Source: Patescibacteria group bacterium
Lineage (GTDB): Bacteria > Patescibacteriota > Patescibacteriia > UBA9934
Direction of reading: 5' to 3'
Assembly: GCA_041661425.1 (NCBI GenBank)
Contig: JBAZUI010000002.1
Coordinates: forward strand, 38 to 64,037
DNA: 64,000 bases
A model generated the notes under the pieces. That model had not been told where the DNA came from, searched no databases, and was given only the letters and a program-made list of their open reading frames with translations. Shown here piece after piece: positions 46,998 through 56,287 of this stretch. The position numbers were made by a program, and so were the translations under genes. Positions within the stretch are counted from its first letter, which is position 1. Each line of letters starts with the position of its first letter.

Positions 46998-48731
46998 GTG
47001 GCGGCACGGAAGCTTTGTGCAGCCGGCGTAGGGGTCGTCCTCCGGGAGCGTGCCCTCCTCCTCGGCGCGTTCGTACGAGTAGTCCTCGTACGCTGGGACG
47101 ATCGTATTGTCCCAGGTCCAGTGGACCGAGGCGCCAAAGACCGTGATGCCACCACCGCAGATGATGAAGGCAACGGCCACGGCAACTCCCATGGCGAAGA
47201 TTCGGACCACGCGCTTGCTCATTTTCTTGTCTTCCTCGAAGGTGTTCCGCCACCCGGTTCGGGAAATCAGATCATTGAGCATCGCGACGAAGCAAATCCC
47301 GATGCAGACGAGTCTCGTTGCGTACATCGCGAACGAGGCGTCCGCAAGGGCGGAGAAGAGGATCAGGAACGCGGCCGTGAGTCCAGCGGCCACGATCGAG
47401 ATGCTGGTCGCGGTTCGGTGGAACCAGCCCGTGTGGTGCTTCTCGGGCATATCGAGACGGAGCACCCGATCGACCACGACCTCGGGCACGGGGATCCCAA
47501 GAGCCCTCAGGCTCTTCCCGAATTTGGAGAGCATCCGGTCGAGGATCCCTGGCTCGTCCACCCGCTTTCCAGTCAGCAAGGTGGTGATGCCCCGGAGAAC
47601 ATGCCCAGGAATCGGGAACAGGAGCCGTCCCACGTACAGGGTGCTAAGTCCTGCCACGAGGAGGAGAGTCACCCATCCGGATTCGGGGGCATAGAAGCCG
47701 ATCAAGAGGCCCAGGAACCAGATGATGGCTCCCAAGCCACCCGCGCCGGCGGCGAGCGCGACGATGGCGGCGAGTACCATGATTGCCGCAATCATCAGCC
47801 CTGCGAGGATAGTGATGTTTTTGGGGCTGACGACCCATTTCACCCAGGCCTTGATGGCTGGCACATCGACCCAGATGTCCGCGAGGTCTCTGGCGCGGGC
47901 CTTGAGACTTGGGCTGTGGTGGGCCATCACCGGGAAGTACACTTCGCCCCCGTACTTCATGGGATCCTGAAGGATCATCGCGGGCGTAACGCCGGCATCG
48001 ATGAGGCCTCGAAGCGCCGGCTTGGCCCAGGCCGGGTTGTAATCCATGAAGTGGCGCATGGCCTCGTAGGATTGGCTTGCGATTCCATCGAGACCTTTCA
48101 TGTGACCGTCTGCTGCGGTCGAGGCGGGGCGGTCGAGGTAGATTGCGTCCCAGAGGGCCTGGAACAGGGCCGCGAAGAGTCGGCGCTCGTCATTCTCGAG
48201 CACCTCGAAGACGAGCACCGGAATTTCCTCGGGCTGATCGGCCGTGCCCCTGAGGAATCCTTTGCGAATGGCATCGAGGAGCATGGAGCGGCGCACCGTA
48301 GCGCCTTCTACGCTCTTGCCCTCGCGTCGGGCGTTCTCGAGGCTCTCCTGGATTCCGTACCCCAGGTTCGTGAGTACGGTGTCAAGAATCCCGGCCGCCA
48401 GTCGGTTGTGGCGGCGAACCTTCTGGTCCACCACCTTTCCGAGGACGTTGAAGACCCATCCATAGGCACCGGGAGGCACCACAGCCAGAAGATCAGCGAC
48501 GCCAAGGATCGACCCAACGAGCCGGACTCCTCCGGCAACGTCCTGTTGCTCGATCCAGCGCTCGAAGGCCTCGCCGACTGCTGTCTGGAAGACGCCCTCG
48601 GCCGCTGTTTTTTCAGCTGGATTTTTGGCCTTGGCAACGCCCTCGGCCTTGGTCTTGAAGGATTCGACAAAGCGATCGAAAAAGGACATGGTGTCTCCAA
48701 TTTTGTTTTCGGTTGTGAGGGAACGATTCAT
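46989..48731 (-). CDS. High-GC (GC3 about 85%) hypothetical protein: ~300-aa soluble N-terminal domain plus C-terminal multi-TM domain; likely horizontally acquired
   Basis: Coherent TM helices and normal amino-acid composition on the minus strand, whereas the plus-strand ORF 46962..48971 is an R/G/E/D-rich antisense artefact. Probable start is Met14 (48692), preceded by GGAG. Confidence 0.6.
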   Translation of the reverse strand: MNRSLTTENKIGDTMSFFDRFVESFKTKAEGVAKAKNPAEKTAAEGVFQTAVGEAFERWIEQQDVAGGVRLVGSILGVADLLAVVPPGAYGWVFNVLGKVVDQKVRRHNRLAAGILDTVLTNLGYGIQESLENARREGKSVEGATVRRSMLLDAIRKGFLRGTADQPEEIPVLVFEVLENDERRLFAALFQALWDAIYLDRPASTAADGHMKGLDGIASQSYEAMRHFMDYNPAWAKPALRGLIDAGVTPAMILQDPMKYGGEVYFPVMAHHSPSLKARARDLADIWVDVPAIKAWVKWVVSPKNITILAGLMIAAIMVLAAIVALAAGAGGLGAIIWFLGLLIGFYAPESGWVTLLLVAGLSTLYVGRLLFPIPGHVLRGITTLLTGKRVDEPGILDRMLSKFGKSLRALGIPVPEVVVDRVLRLDMPEKHHTGWFHRTATSISIVAAGLTAAFLILFSALADASFAMYATRLVCIGICFVAMLNDLISRTGWRNTFEEDKKMSKRVVRIFAMGVAVAVAFIICGGGITVFGASVHWTWDNTIVPAYEDYSYERAEEEGTLPEDDPYAGCTKLPCRHKK

Positions 48732-49080
48732 TCGGTTTTGAATCGAAATGAACCCCTATTTTTAGCAAAAAAATGGGGTTTTGTCAATGATTGCCACAGG
48801 GAGCTCCACCCCCTGACCCCGGCCTGCTTTTCTTGTGTAGGGGCGACCGGCCGCCTGCCTGCCGGTAGGCAGGGTCGCCCCTACATGCCTGTTTTTCCGG
48901 CGGGCCGTGTTTGCTTTATAAACGTACGGGCGGGTCTGCGACCCGCCCCATACAGAATTGAATCGCCGTAGGGACGTAGCCTGCTACGTCCATTGATTAG
49001 AGACGGTCTGCATTGACGAAAGCTCATTTTTTTGCTACGCTCTTGTGTTCCGGTTTTCCACCGGATAAGGGAGATTTACC
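48732..49080. promoter_or_regulatory. Divergent promoter region of the GC island with three GC-rich palindromes (48837-48884, 48928-48948, 48972-48991) and two similar promoters (TTGACA-17-TAAAAT on minus; TTGACG-17-TACGCT on plus, both with cATTTTTTTGCTA)
   Basis: Inverted repeats GTAGGGGCGACC..GGTCGCCCCTAC, GGGCGGGTC-tgc-GACCCGCCC and GGACGTAGC..GCTACGTCC read directly. Confidence 0.5.
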
Positions 49081-49917
49081 ATGTTCCAGACGCTTTTCGT
49101 GGTTCTTTTTATCCTGTTCTCTTCCGTGGCCGAGGCCGCCTGCCTCGCCTGGGGAGCGGGAACGGTGCTCGGGTTCGAGGCTGCGGTCTGCACCCACGAA
49201 TACGTGGGTGCTTACTGCGCCGAGACCCACCGGGTGGTGGTGCGCCTGCCGAGCGGGCGTGTGGCCGAAAAAATGGCCTGCGTTCGCACGGTCTCGTATG
49301 TGAGCCATGCCTACGTTCACACCTATGCACCGCGACCCGTGTACCACCCCCCGGTGCACTATGTGGCCCCGAGGCCTTACTATCAGCCTCGGCCCGCATA
49401 TCATCCGCCGCAGGTCGTCTATACCACTCGGCCGCACTGGGTGCCAACGAGGAGCATCCCGCAGGCGCCGATGGTGTCGGTGACGCTTCGCGAGGAGCGT
49501 CGAGTGGCCTCACCGCCCGCGCCGCTCGCGGGTGTGAACCTTGGGGGGCCGACCACGCTTGCACAGGCGCGGGTAGTGCGTGAGCAACGCGCAAGCGAGG
49601 CAGTTGCTTCGGCTTCATCCCCGCAGCAAACGCTCGTGGTGATGGCGGCCGCCCCGAGTGCGAGCGCGGCCGATCTTGAATCGGCGCGTCGCGAGAGCGC
49701 CTCAGCTCAGGCCGAAGTGGCACGGCTCCGCGCCGAGCTCGAGAGACTCAAGCTCGAGCGCGATCAGGCGCTCCGAAACCTCGAGGCGCTCCGCGCCGAG
49801 AACACAACGCTCGTCGACCAGAGCCGAGAGATCCTCGCTCAGCGCGCCGAGTACCTGGCGCAGGCCAAGCTCCGCGCCGAGAGGATTGAGGAGCTCGAGC
49901 GGCGGCTCGAGAACTAG
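49081..49917 (+). CDS. High-GC secreted protein: signal peptide, Cys-containing N-terminal region, Pro/Tyr/His-rich repeats (YHPP, PRPYYQPRPAYHPP), C-terminal ~90-aa coiled coil
   Basis: SD GGGAGA-7-ATG; third-codon-position GC very high; followed by a 22-bp perfect palindrome gggcggacccgcgggtccgccc (49918-49941). Confidence 0.55.
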   Translation: MFQTLFVVLFILFSSVAEAACLAWGAGTVLGFEAAVCTHEYVGAYCAETHRVVVRLPSGRVAEKMACVRTVSYVSHAYVHTYAPRPVYHPPVHYVAPRPYYQPRPAYHPPQVVYTTRPHWVPTRSIPQAPMVSVTLREERRVASPPAPLAGVNLGGPTTLAQARVVREQRASEAVASASSPQQTLVVMAAAPSASAADLESARRESASAQAEVARLRAELERLKLERDQALRNLEALRAENTTLVDQSREILAQRAEYLAQAKLRAERIEELERRLEN

Positions 49918-49996
49918 GGCGGACCCGCGGGTCCGCCCATACGTCAAAATCAAAACCCCCAAAGCCAATCGTCTTGTGCTGAGGGGGTTTATGCTG

Positions 49997-50374
49997 TTAG
50001 GAAGCGTCAACGGATAGGCCGATTTGTGTCATCACAAAATTTGTTATCGCATAAGCTGCAAGAATGATGATAAGACCAATCACAGCGTTCATAAGGAGAG
50101 TTTGTGCTTTCTTTGTTTTTTCAGCCTCACCGCCTGCTGTCATCCAAAGGAATCCGGCATAAATCGTGAAAGCAAGGAAGACAATGCCAAGGAAGCTCAA
50201 GAGCGTATAGATGATTTGTCCAATGAATGATGGAAGGTCCATATTGGAGAGCCCGCTATTCCCTTGAACGTCACTTAGCCATCCGTCTCCCAATGGCGTT
50301 TGGGCGAATGTTGGCGTGACTCCGGCAAAAATCGGCAGAACCGTTGCAATGGACGTGGCAATGATTTTTTTCAT
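49997..50374 (-). CDS. TrbC/VirB2-like (T4SS-pilin-like) small membrane protein, paralog A
   Basis: Signal peptide; TM1 ...IYAGFLWMTAGG; loop EAEKTKKAQ; TM2 AVIGLIIILAAYAITNFV. Confidence 0.55.
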   Translation of the reverse strand: MKKIIATSIATVLPIFAGVTPTFAQTPLGDGWLSDVQGNSGLSNMDLPSFIGQIIYTLLSFLGIVFLAFTIYAGFLWMTAGGEAEKTKKAQTLLMNAVIGLIIILAAYAITNFVMTQIGLSVDAS

Positions 50375-50400
50375 ATTGAAATAATTTATTTAATCACATT

Positions 50401-50799
50401 TTATAGGTTGGTGGTTGTTACACCTCCATATTTTCCTGACACTAAGTCTATCACAAATGCCGCGATGGCATAAGACGCAAGAATGAGGATAAGCCCAATA
50501 ACAGCATTAATAAGAAAACTTTGCGCTTTTTCCACCTGTTCTTTTTTTCCACCGGCTGTCATCCAAAGGAACCCGGCATAAATATTAAATCCCAATAGAA
50601 TAATTCCCACGATTGAAAGAACGGAATAAATCAACAACGAAGTAATCGAAATGATATTTTGATTTTCCAGTTCGTTGCCGTAGATTTGTGTTCCAGCGGA
50701 TTCTAACTGATCGTCAAAAATATCTGCAAGTTGCGCTTGCGCCATTTGAGGAAGAAAACCGCAGGAAAGACCAAAAAGGAGAACGAGAAGGTATTTCAC
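50401..50799 (-). CDS. T4SS-pilin-like paralog B (the ORF track extends to 50937; probable GTG start 2 nt after the stop of paralog C)
   Basis: VKYLLVLLFGLSCGFLPQMAQA signal peptide; IYAGFLWMTAGGKKEQVEKAQ...AVIGLILILASYAIAAFV. Confidence 0.5.
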   Translation of the reverse strand: MKYLLVLLFGLSCGFLPQMAQAQLADIFDDQLESAGTQIYGNELENQNIISITSLLIYSVLSIVGIILLGFNIYAGFLWMTAGGKKEQVEKAQSFLINAVIGLILILASYAIAAFVIDLVSGKYGGVTTTNL

Positions 50800-50801
50800 A
50801 A

Positions 50802-51173
50802 TTAGGAGGTTAGCATGGTAAGGACAAACTGTGTGAGGGCGTACGCCGCAATAACAATGAGAAGCCCGATTACGGAATTCACAAGAATATCCTGTGCTTT
50901 TTTGACGTGCGTTTTTTCTCCCCCGGCTGTCATCCAAATGACACCAGCGTAAATAGTGAGGACCAGGAAAATAACGCCAAGAATGCCAAGAAGGGGAGAA
51001 ATAATGCGCGCGCCGACAAAGCTTCCGATGTCTTGCGTGGCATCGGAACTATCAAGAGAACCATAAATCACTTCACCGGTTTCTGTAAGTCCAGTACTGT
51101 CCGTACTGATTTGCGCAAAAGCAAAACCTGGAAAGAGCAAGAGAATCCCCGTGAAAACTATCAGTTTTCGCAT
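50802..51173 (-). CDS. T4SS-pilin-like paralog C (the ORF track extends to 51278; probable start MRKLIVF)
   Basis: IYAGVIWMTAGGEKTHVKKAQ...SVIGLLIVIAAYALTQFV. Confidence 0.5.
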   Translation of the reverse strand: MRKLIVFTGILLLFPGFAFAQISTDSTGLTETGEVIYGSLDSSDATQDIGSFVGARIISPLLGILGVIFLVLTIYAGVIWMTAGGEKTHVKKAQDILVNSVIGLLIVIAAYALTQFVLTMLTS

Positions 51174-51219
51174 AGCGAAAGGTCCAAAAATCTTTGGACC
51201 AATCGTCGTGTGAAAACAA

Positions 51220-51627
51220 TTACGCGGTTGCGTTGATGACTGAGTCGAGAACGAACTGCGTGATGGCGTACGCGGCAAGAATAAGCGCTAAACCAATCAC
51301 ACCGGCAATGAGAAGCTTTTTTGCATCCGAGACCTTATCGTCATTTCCACCGGCTGTCATCCATTTGAATCCGCCAATAAGAACAATGATGACAGCAATG
51401 ATTCCAAGGAAACCAAGAGCGACTTTAATAAGGTTTCCGATTGTCTCTTTGAGGTCAGCGGTTCCAAGGCCGGAAGCATCGCTAAAATCTTCATCCAAAA
51501 GATCGGAAGTGTCGAGTTCGGCGTGAGCAATCATTGGCTTAGCGATTTGAACAGCGCTCAAGAGCGAGATAGCAAGGGTCATGCCGAGTCCAATGCTCAA
51601 GGTGTAGCGAAGGAGAGGTGTGATCAT
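51220..51627 (-). CDS. T4SS-pilin-like paralog D
   Basis: IGGFKWMTAGGNDDKVSDAKK...GVIGLALILAAYAITQFV. Confidence 0.5.
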   Translation of the reverse strand: MITPLLRYTLSIGLGMTLAISLLSAVQIAKPMIAHAELDTSDLLDEDFSDASGLGTADLKETIGNLIKVALGFLGIIAVIIVLIGGFKWMTAGGNDDKVSDAKKLLIAGVIGLALILAAYAITQFVLDSVINATA

Positions 51628-51656
51628 AGGAAAGATTAATTATTTATTATTTATTT

Positions 51657-51995
51657 TTAACCGGCGACATTGCCCGAAAGGACCGCATTGAAAATGGCAT
51701 CCACCGCAACATAGGCTCCTGCAATCAAGATGAGTCCAAGGGTGGTCCAGATAAGAATGGATTGCCCTTGTTTGATTTGCTCAGGTTTTCCCATTGAGAT
51801 GATCCAAAGAAGCCCGCCGTACATGAACATCACAAGCGCGACGGTTCCAAGAACCGAAAGGGCGCCCTGGATAATACGTGCCGCAATGAGGCGGGGATCG
51901 GTAATACCCAATGGATTCGTAAGTGCGACCGCTTGTGCGATGCACGGGAAGGCGATGAGCCCTGTAGAAAGAATAAATGGGAGGACCTTTTTCAT
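51657..51995 (-). CDS. T4SS-pilin-like paralog E (the ORF track extends to 52100; probable start MKKVLPF)
   Basis: MYGGLLWIISMGKPEQIKQGQ...TTLGLILIAGAYVAVDAIF. Confidence 0.5.
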   Translation of the reverse strand: MKKVLPFILSTGLIAFPCIAQAVALTNPLGITDPRLIAARIIQGALSVLGTVALVMFMYGGLLWIISMGKPEQIKQGQSILIWTTLGLILIAGAYVAVDAIFNAVLSGNVAG

Positions 51996-52020
51996 AAAAA
52001 CATTATACCAAAGATATCCA

Positions 52021-52542
52021 TTATTCAGTGGTGGTATTGAGGATATCATGCGCATCGCCGGAACCGGCATTATCGAGGATGTCGGAAATGGTTTCCTCAC
52101 CTTCGGGCGATTCTCCTGTTTTGAGGACGCTTACCACAAACGCGATAATGGCATAAGACGAGAAAATAATGACGATTCCAATCACCGCGCCAACAATCGC
52201 TTTCTGGCCGGTTTTAATGGCCTCGGGTTTTCCTTGAGCCGTGATCCAAAGGAATCCTCCATAAATAAAAACGCAAAGAACCGCGGTGCCGCTGATGCCA
52301 AGAAGAAAGACGGAAATATTCACGACAACCTGCAAAAGGTCATCGAGCGTGCATTCGCCGGTGTCGCGGCATGCGCAATCATCGTCAGCTCCTGTGCAGA
52401 TATTTGCATAAATCAATCCTTGATCCATGATGTCATTGTATTGTTCTCCAACCGTCTGCGCTTGCGCGGTTGGCAGAAAACAAAACATCCCGGTGCAAAG
52501 AACCGACGCAAAGAAAATTCCAAGACGTTTGGCCAAAGCCAT
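52021..52542 (-). CDS. T4SS-pilin-like paralog F with Cys-rich acidic mature N-terminus (the ORF track extends to 52581)
   Basis: IYGGFLWITAQGKPEAIKTGQ...AVIGIVIIFSSYAIIAFV; CTGADDDCACRDTGEC segment. Confidence 0.5.
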   Translation of the reverse strand: MALAKRLGIFFASVLCTGMFCFLPTAQAQTVGEQYNDIMDQGLIYANICTGADDDCACRDTGECTLDDLLQVVVNISVFLLGISGTAVLCVFIYGGFLWITAQGKPEAIKTGQKAIVGAVIGIVIIFSSYAIIAFVVSVLKTGESPEGEETISDILDNAGSGDAHDILNTTTE

Positions 52543-52637
52543 AATTAACTGCAGTATAGCAAATCCAAGAGCGAGGCTCAAAATAAAAACACACAGCTTG
52601 GAAAAAGTGTGTGTTTTTTTGTGAGTCGTTTGGTGAG

Positions 52638-54026
52638 CTAGTACGTTTGGCTGACTTTTTGCGCGGCGTCATCGATGGCTTCGTCGCCCTCGACCGAACC
52701 GTCGAGCATTTGTGTTATTAAGTCGCGCAGGGCCTGCTCCGCCACCTCAATATCATTCCCAAGATACCAACTTTTTGCCGTGAGAGTCTGTTCGGCAAAC
52801 ACTCCAAGCTCCGGATCGTCAAGATCGTTCCCAATGAGCGATCGGAGTGCGGTTGGTTTATTGGCGGCCTCAAGATAATTGGTCACCTGATCCTCGTCGG
52901 CGGCAAAGAGAATAAAATCCCAAGCCCAATCAGAGTGCTCCGTATTTTTTGCAACGGTTTCAATCCAATAATTGGCGAAATTTACTTCTTGACCGCCATC
53001 GATTTGTGGAAGTTTACTGATGCTGAAATTGAGTTTTGGTGCGGCCGTTCGAACGAGTGGGATGTAATAGCTGTATCCAAGCATCATGGCGGTTTGTCCG
53101 CTTGTGAACGCATCAAAGGAGTTGGAGTATGAATCATTCCAGGTGTAAACCTCTTTTGTTGGATTGGCAAAATCTGTGTAAAAACGCACGGCATCAAGCC
53201 CGGGGTAAACGTCTTCTCCGGCATCATCGGGAACGAGATTGAACGTGACTCGGCCGCGATCATCGGTCATGGCTGTGCCATTTTGCATCATGAGGATGGA
53301 GAGAATATCACCAGCGCGTTCAACGTTTTCAGCGGTTCCCAATGCAGCGCCCGATTGGTCGACTTCACCTTCAGCATTGTAAGTTGTGAGGGCGATCACA
53401 TCATTTTGGAACTCGGTCCAGGTGGTTGGGGGAGTGGCGATTCCTGCGGCGTCAAGCAGATCCTTATTATAAAAGAGTGCGAGGGAATCAACGGAAAGCG
53501 GAAGCCCGAAAATACGGGACTCAACATCAGAATTATCATCCGCCTGATAATCGCGAACCACATCGAATGCAATTTGCTCTACAAACGTTGCTTCCAATTC
53601 GCGGGCGGTCATGGTGGGTTTTTGAACGGCCACGTTTACGGTTTCGCGTTTAACTGTTCCTTGAGTTTGGAGTTCGGATACGGTGATTTGAGATGGCATG
53701 GGTTGCATCAAGCCCTGATATTCGCCCATCCAGGTATTGTGCACGGAGAAAATATCCGGGCCTTTTCCTTCGGCAAAAGCACGCACGAGTTCATCCCGAT
53801 ATTCATCGTAGCGAAGTTCACGATAATCAATGGAAACATTCGGGTGGAGCGTCTCATAGGCATCAATTAGGGGTTCGTATGCATTTGCATCATCAAAAAC
53901 TCCCCAAATCGTGAGGGTTAACTCCTCAGCCGTGGTGGTTGTACCACCGCCAAGACAGCCTTGGCCGGTTGTCACGAGGAGCGAAGCAAGCGCTAAATAA
54001 CTCAATGGGCGTAAAAATCGATGCAT
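52638..54026 (-). CDS. ABC transporter substrate-binding lipoprotein (family 1, sugar-type); no cognate permease or ATPase in the window
   Basis: Lipobox TTGQGC; SBP_bac_1-like sequence (LTIWGVFDD..., ...FSVHNTWMGEY...). Confidence 0.75.
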   Translation of the reverse strand: MHRFLRPLSYLALASLLVTTGQGCLGGGTTTTAEELTLTIWGVFDDANAYEPLIDAYETLHPNVSIDYRELRYDEYRDELVRAFAEGKGPDIFSVHNTWMGEYQGLMQPMPSQITVSELQTQGTVKRETVNVAVQKPTMTARELEATFVEQIAFDVVRDYQADDNSDVESRIFGLPLSVDSLALFYNKDLLDAAGIATPPTTWTEFQNDVIALTTYNAEGEVDQSGAALGTAENVERAGDILSILMMQNGTAMTDDRGRVTFNLVPDDAGEDVYPGLDAVRFYTDFANPTKEVYTWNDSYSNSFDAFTSGQTAMMLGYSYYIPLVRTAAPKLNFSISKLPQIDGGQEVNFANYWIETVAKNTEHSDWAWDFILFAADEDQVTNYLEAANKPTALRSLIGNDLDDPELGVFAEQTLTAKSWYLGNDIEVAEQALRDLITQMLDGSVEGDEAIDDAAQKVSQTY

Positions 54027-54027
54027 A

Positions 54028-54897
54028 TTATTTCATGAGTTGTTCGAGGTATTGTTTGAAATCTTCGCCAATTTCCGGGTGTTTGAGTCCCAACTCAACC
54101 TGGGCGCGAAGAAAGCCAAGTTTATTTCCACAATCGAGACGATTGCCTTTCATGACTTTGCCATACATGGGAATCGATTGTTTGAGAGCTGTCACAAAAG
54201 CATCGGCCAGGCGAATTTCACCATCTTTTCCCGGTTCCTGGGTTTTTAGAATGTTCATGATTTCCGGGGTGATTACATAATGCCCTGGCGCAATAAAATT
54301 GGATGGGGCATCTTCGGCTTTTGGTTTTTCAACAAAAATATCGATTTTCAAGACGTTTTTCTGTATCATCTCACCCCCGACAACGCCGTAACGTGAGACC
54401 TGATCGTGAGGGACCTCAATAAGGCCGATGACCGGTGCTTCATATTCTTCGTAAGTATCAAGAAGTTGTCGCATCCCAGGCACCTTTGCATCGAAAATAT
54501 CATCGCCAAAAAGAATAGCAACAGGCTCGTCCGGTCCCACAAAAGGAATCGCGGAAAGGAGAGCGTGTCCATCTCCCAATGGTTTTGCTTGGCGTACAAA
54601 GGCGAATTTGGCTAATTTGCCAATGGATCGAATTGTTTCCAGCTCTTGAAGTTTATTTTTTTGCTCCAAGCGATATTCAAGCTCGAAGTTGCGGTCAAAA
54701 TGATCCTCAATGGCGCGTTTGCCATAGGAGGTGACGAAAATGATTTCTTCAATACCAGAATTTACAGCTTCTTCCACGATATATTGAATAATTGGCTTAT
54801 CAACTACGGCAAGCATTTCTTTTGGCTGGGCTTTTGCCGCCGGGAGAAATCGGGTTCCCAATCCCGCAACCGGGATAATGGCTTTTTTGACCTTCAT
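54028..54897 (-). CDS. galU: UTP-glucose-1-phosphate uridylyltransferase
   Basis: [38 protein letters not shown]. Confidence 0.9.
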   Translation of the reverse strand: [289 protein letters not shown]

Positions 54898-54990
54898 AGT
54901 AGTTTTAGTATAACAAATTTGGCGCGTGACGTCTTCATAGGGATTTGGGCTTGATTTTATGGTATTTTTCTGCTATTATTCAGCCGGATT

Positions 54991-55081
<91 letters not shown>

Positions 55082-55083
55082 TG

Positions 55084-55113
55084 AAAAAATCTCAGCTTCT
55101 GCTGAGGTTTTTT
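55084..55113 (+). terminator. Intrinsic terminator CTCAGC-ttct-GCTGAG-gTTTTTT after tRNA-Ser
   Basis: Read directly. Confidence 0.7.
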
Positions 55114-55259
55114 CATTCTGAGGTGGGATTCGAACCTGCCTACCGGCAGGCAGGCGGGTTGGAAGCGAGGCTTGCCAATTCGTAGCCGAGCGATCGAAAA
55201 ACTGCCAGTGGCAGATTTTCGCCAACCCAGGACAGAGTGAGTGAAACGAACGACGACAA

Positions 55260-55277
55260 AATCCCACCCTCTCCGCC
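55260..55277 (+). repeat. 18-bp direct repeat of the tRNA-Ser 3' end (aatcccaccctctccgcc), identical to 55063-55080; att-core-like
   Basis: Exact match read by eye; the 181 bp between the copies contains a T-arm-like fragment and a GC palindrome. Confidence 0.7.
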
Positions 55278-55324
55278 CCGAATATTTTTGTTTGGAGACC
55301 TGGAATGCATTGCCAAAAACAGCA

Positions 55325-56131
55325 TTATAAGGCAACTCGTTTCTTCCGTTTGCCGTTCACTTGTTTGATGCCGTTGCTAGTTAGTATATCGAAGGTAACG
55401 TCGCTTTCTACCAAATAATCACGAGTAGACATTTTCCATTTTTGAGCACCAGAAAAGAGCTCATTGAATGCCATGCAAAAATGATCATCTACAAAGGCCA
55501 TCATGGTTTTTAAGACCTCAGTACGAATTTTGGTCGCTTGTTTCTTGAATTCATCCATGACTGATGGTTCAGGCGGTTTGCCCACGGTTTCTGATAGCTT
55601 CAACCAAAACTCATCCACCATCTTTTCGGTAGGGGGGATTGCATCGATGAATAAAATATTTGTAGCTTCCTCAAGTCTTGGAAACAAATGAAGCCAAGCA
55701 TTCACATAGGTCCAGTATTCGTGCGAAGATGCGGAATAAGTGCTTTTCGCATCTGCTAGTTTTTTTACGTATTCGTTCCGATGTTGTGTGTATTTAAGAG
55801 ATGGTTCTGCCGCGATGAGTTCGGTCGTCTCCAGTACAAGTGGCTCCATTATGTTGTATAGCTGCACAGCCGCACTGTCTACCTTACTTTTTAAATCGTA
55901 AAGCTGACGATATACATCAACTCTCGCTTGTCGCTCTGTTGCTTTGCGCTGTGTAAACATTGCAACCCATACCGAAAAAAGCAAAGTAATAAGCGTTGTT
56001 GAAACGGTTATCCCAGCATCCCACCAAAAGGTAGTTTTAGACTCCAAGGCCCATTTCTGAAAAAGCATTATTATTTGATCCGCCTTACTGGAGAGGTCTA
56101 TAAGGAAATTCTCGTACATATTGTGCAACAC
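55325..56131 (-). CDS. Hypothetical protein with one N-terminal TM (in an AT-rich block)
   Basis: ORF track; no motif. Confidence 0.4.
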   Translation of the reverse strand: MLHNMYENFLIDLSSKADQIIMLFQKWALESKTTFWWDAGITVSTTLITLLFSVWVAMFTQRKATERQARVDVYRQLYDLKSKVDSAAVQLYNIMEPLVLETTELIAAEPSLKYTQHRNEYVKKLADAKSTYSASSHEYWTYVNAWLHLFPRLEEATNILFIDAIPPTEKMVDEFWLKLSETVGKPPEPSVMDEFKKQATKIRTEVLKTMMAFVDDHFCMAFNELFSGAQKWKMSTRDYLVESDVTFDILTSNGIKQVNGKRKKRVAL

Positions 56132-56287
56132 TACTGCTCAAGAGGACTAGATGCAATATCAAGGTCTGTTGATAAAGCAGTATCATTAATTATTGATTTT
56201 TATAACGAATGATTATCCCCTTCGTCACATGATGGCGTATCCGGTGGCCACTTTTATGCTAGACTAAATAAAGTAGATTGATTTTCT

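Noticed and set aside
46962-48971. 669-aa ORF on the plus strand (and 47107..47694 +) overlapping the GC-rich membrane-protein gene
   Set aside because: The composition is R/G/E/D/H-rich with no hydrophobic periodicity, typical of a stop-poor antisense frame in high-GC DNA. The minus-strand frame has coherent TM helices and strong GC3 bias.
55105-55200. Second tRNA gene downstream of tRNA-Ser (ggtgggattcgaacc resembles a reverse-complement T-arm)
   Set aside because: The stem has C-A mismatches on the minus strand and a non-canonical loop on the plus strand, there is no acceptor stem or CCA, and only the T-arm-like 14-mer is present. It is treated as a tRNA fragment within the att-like scar.
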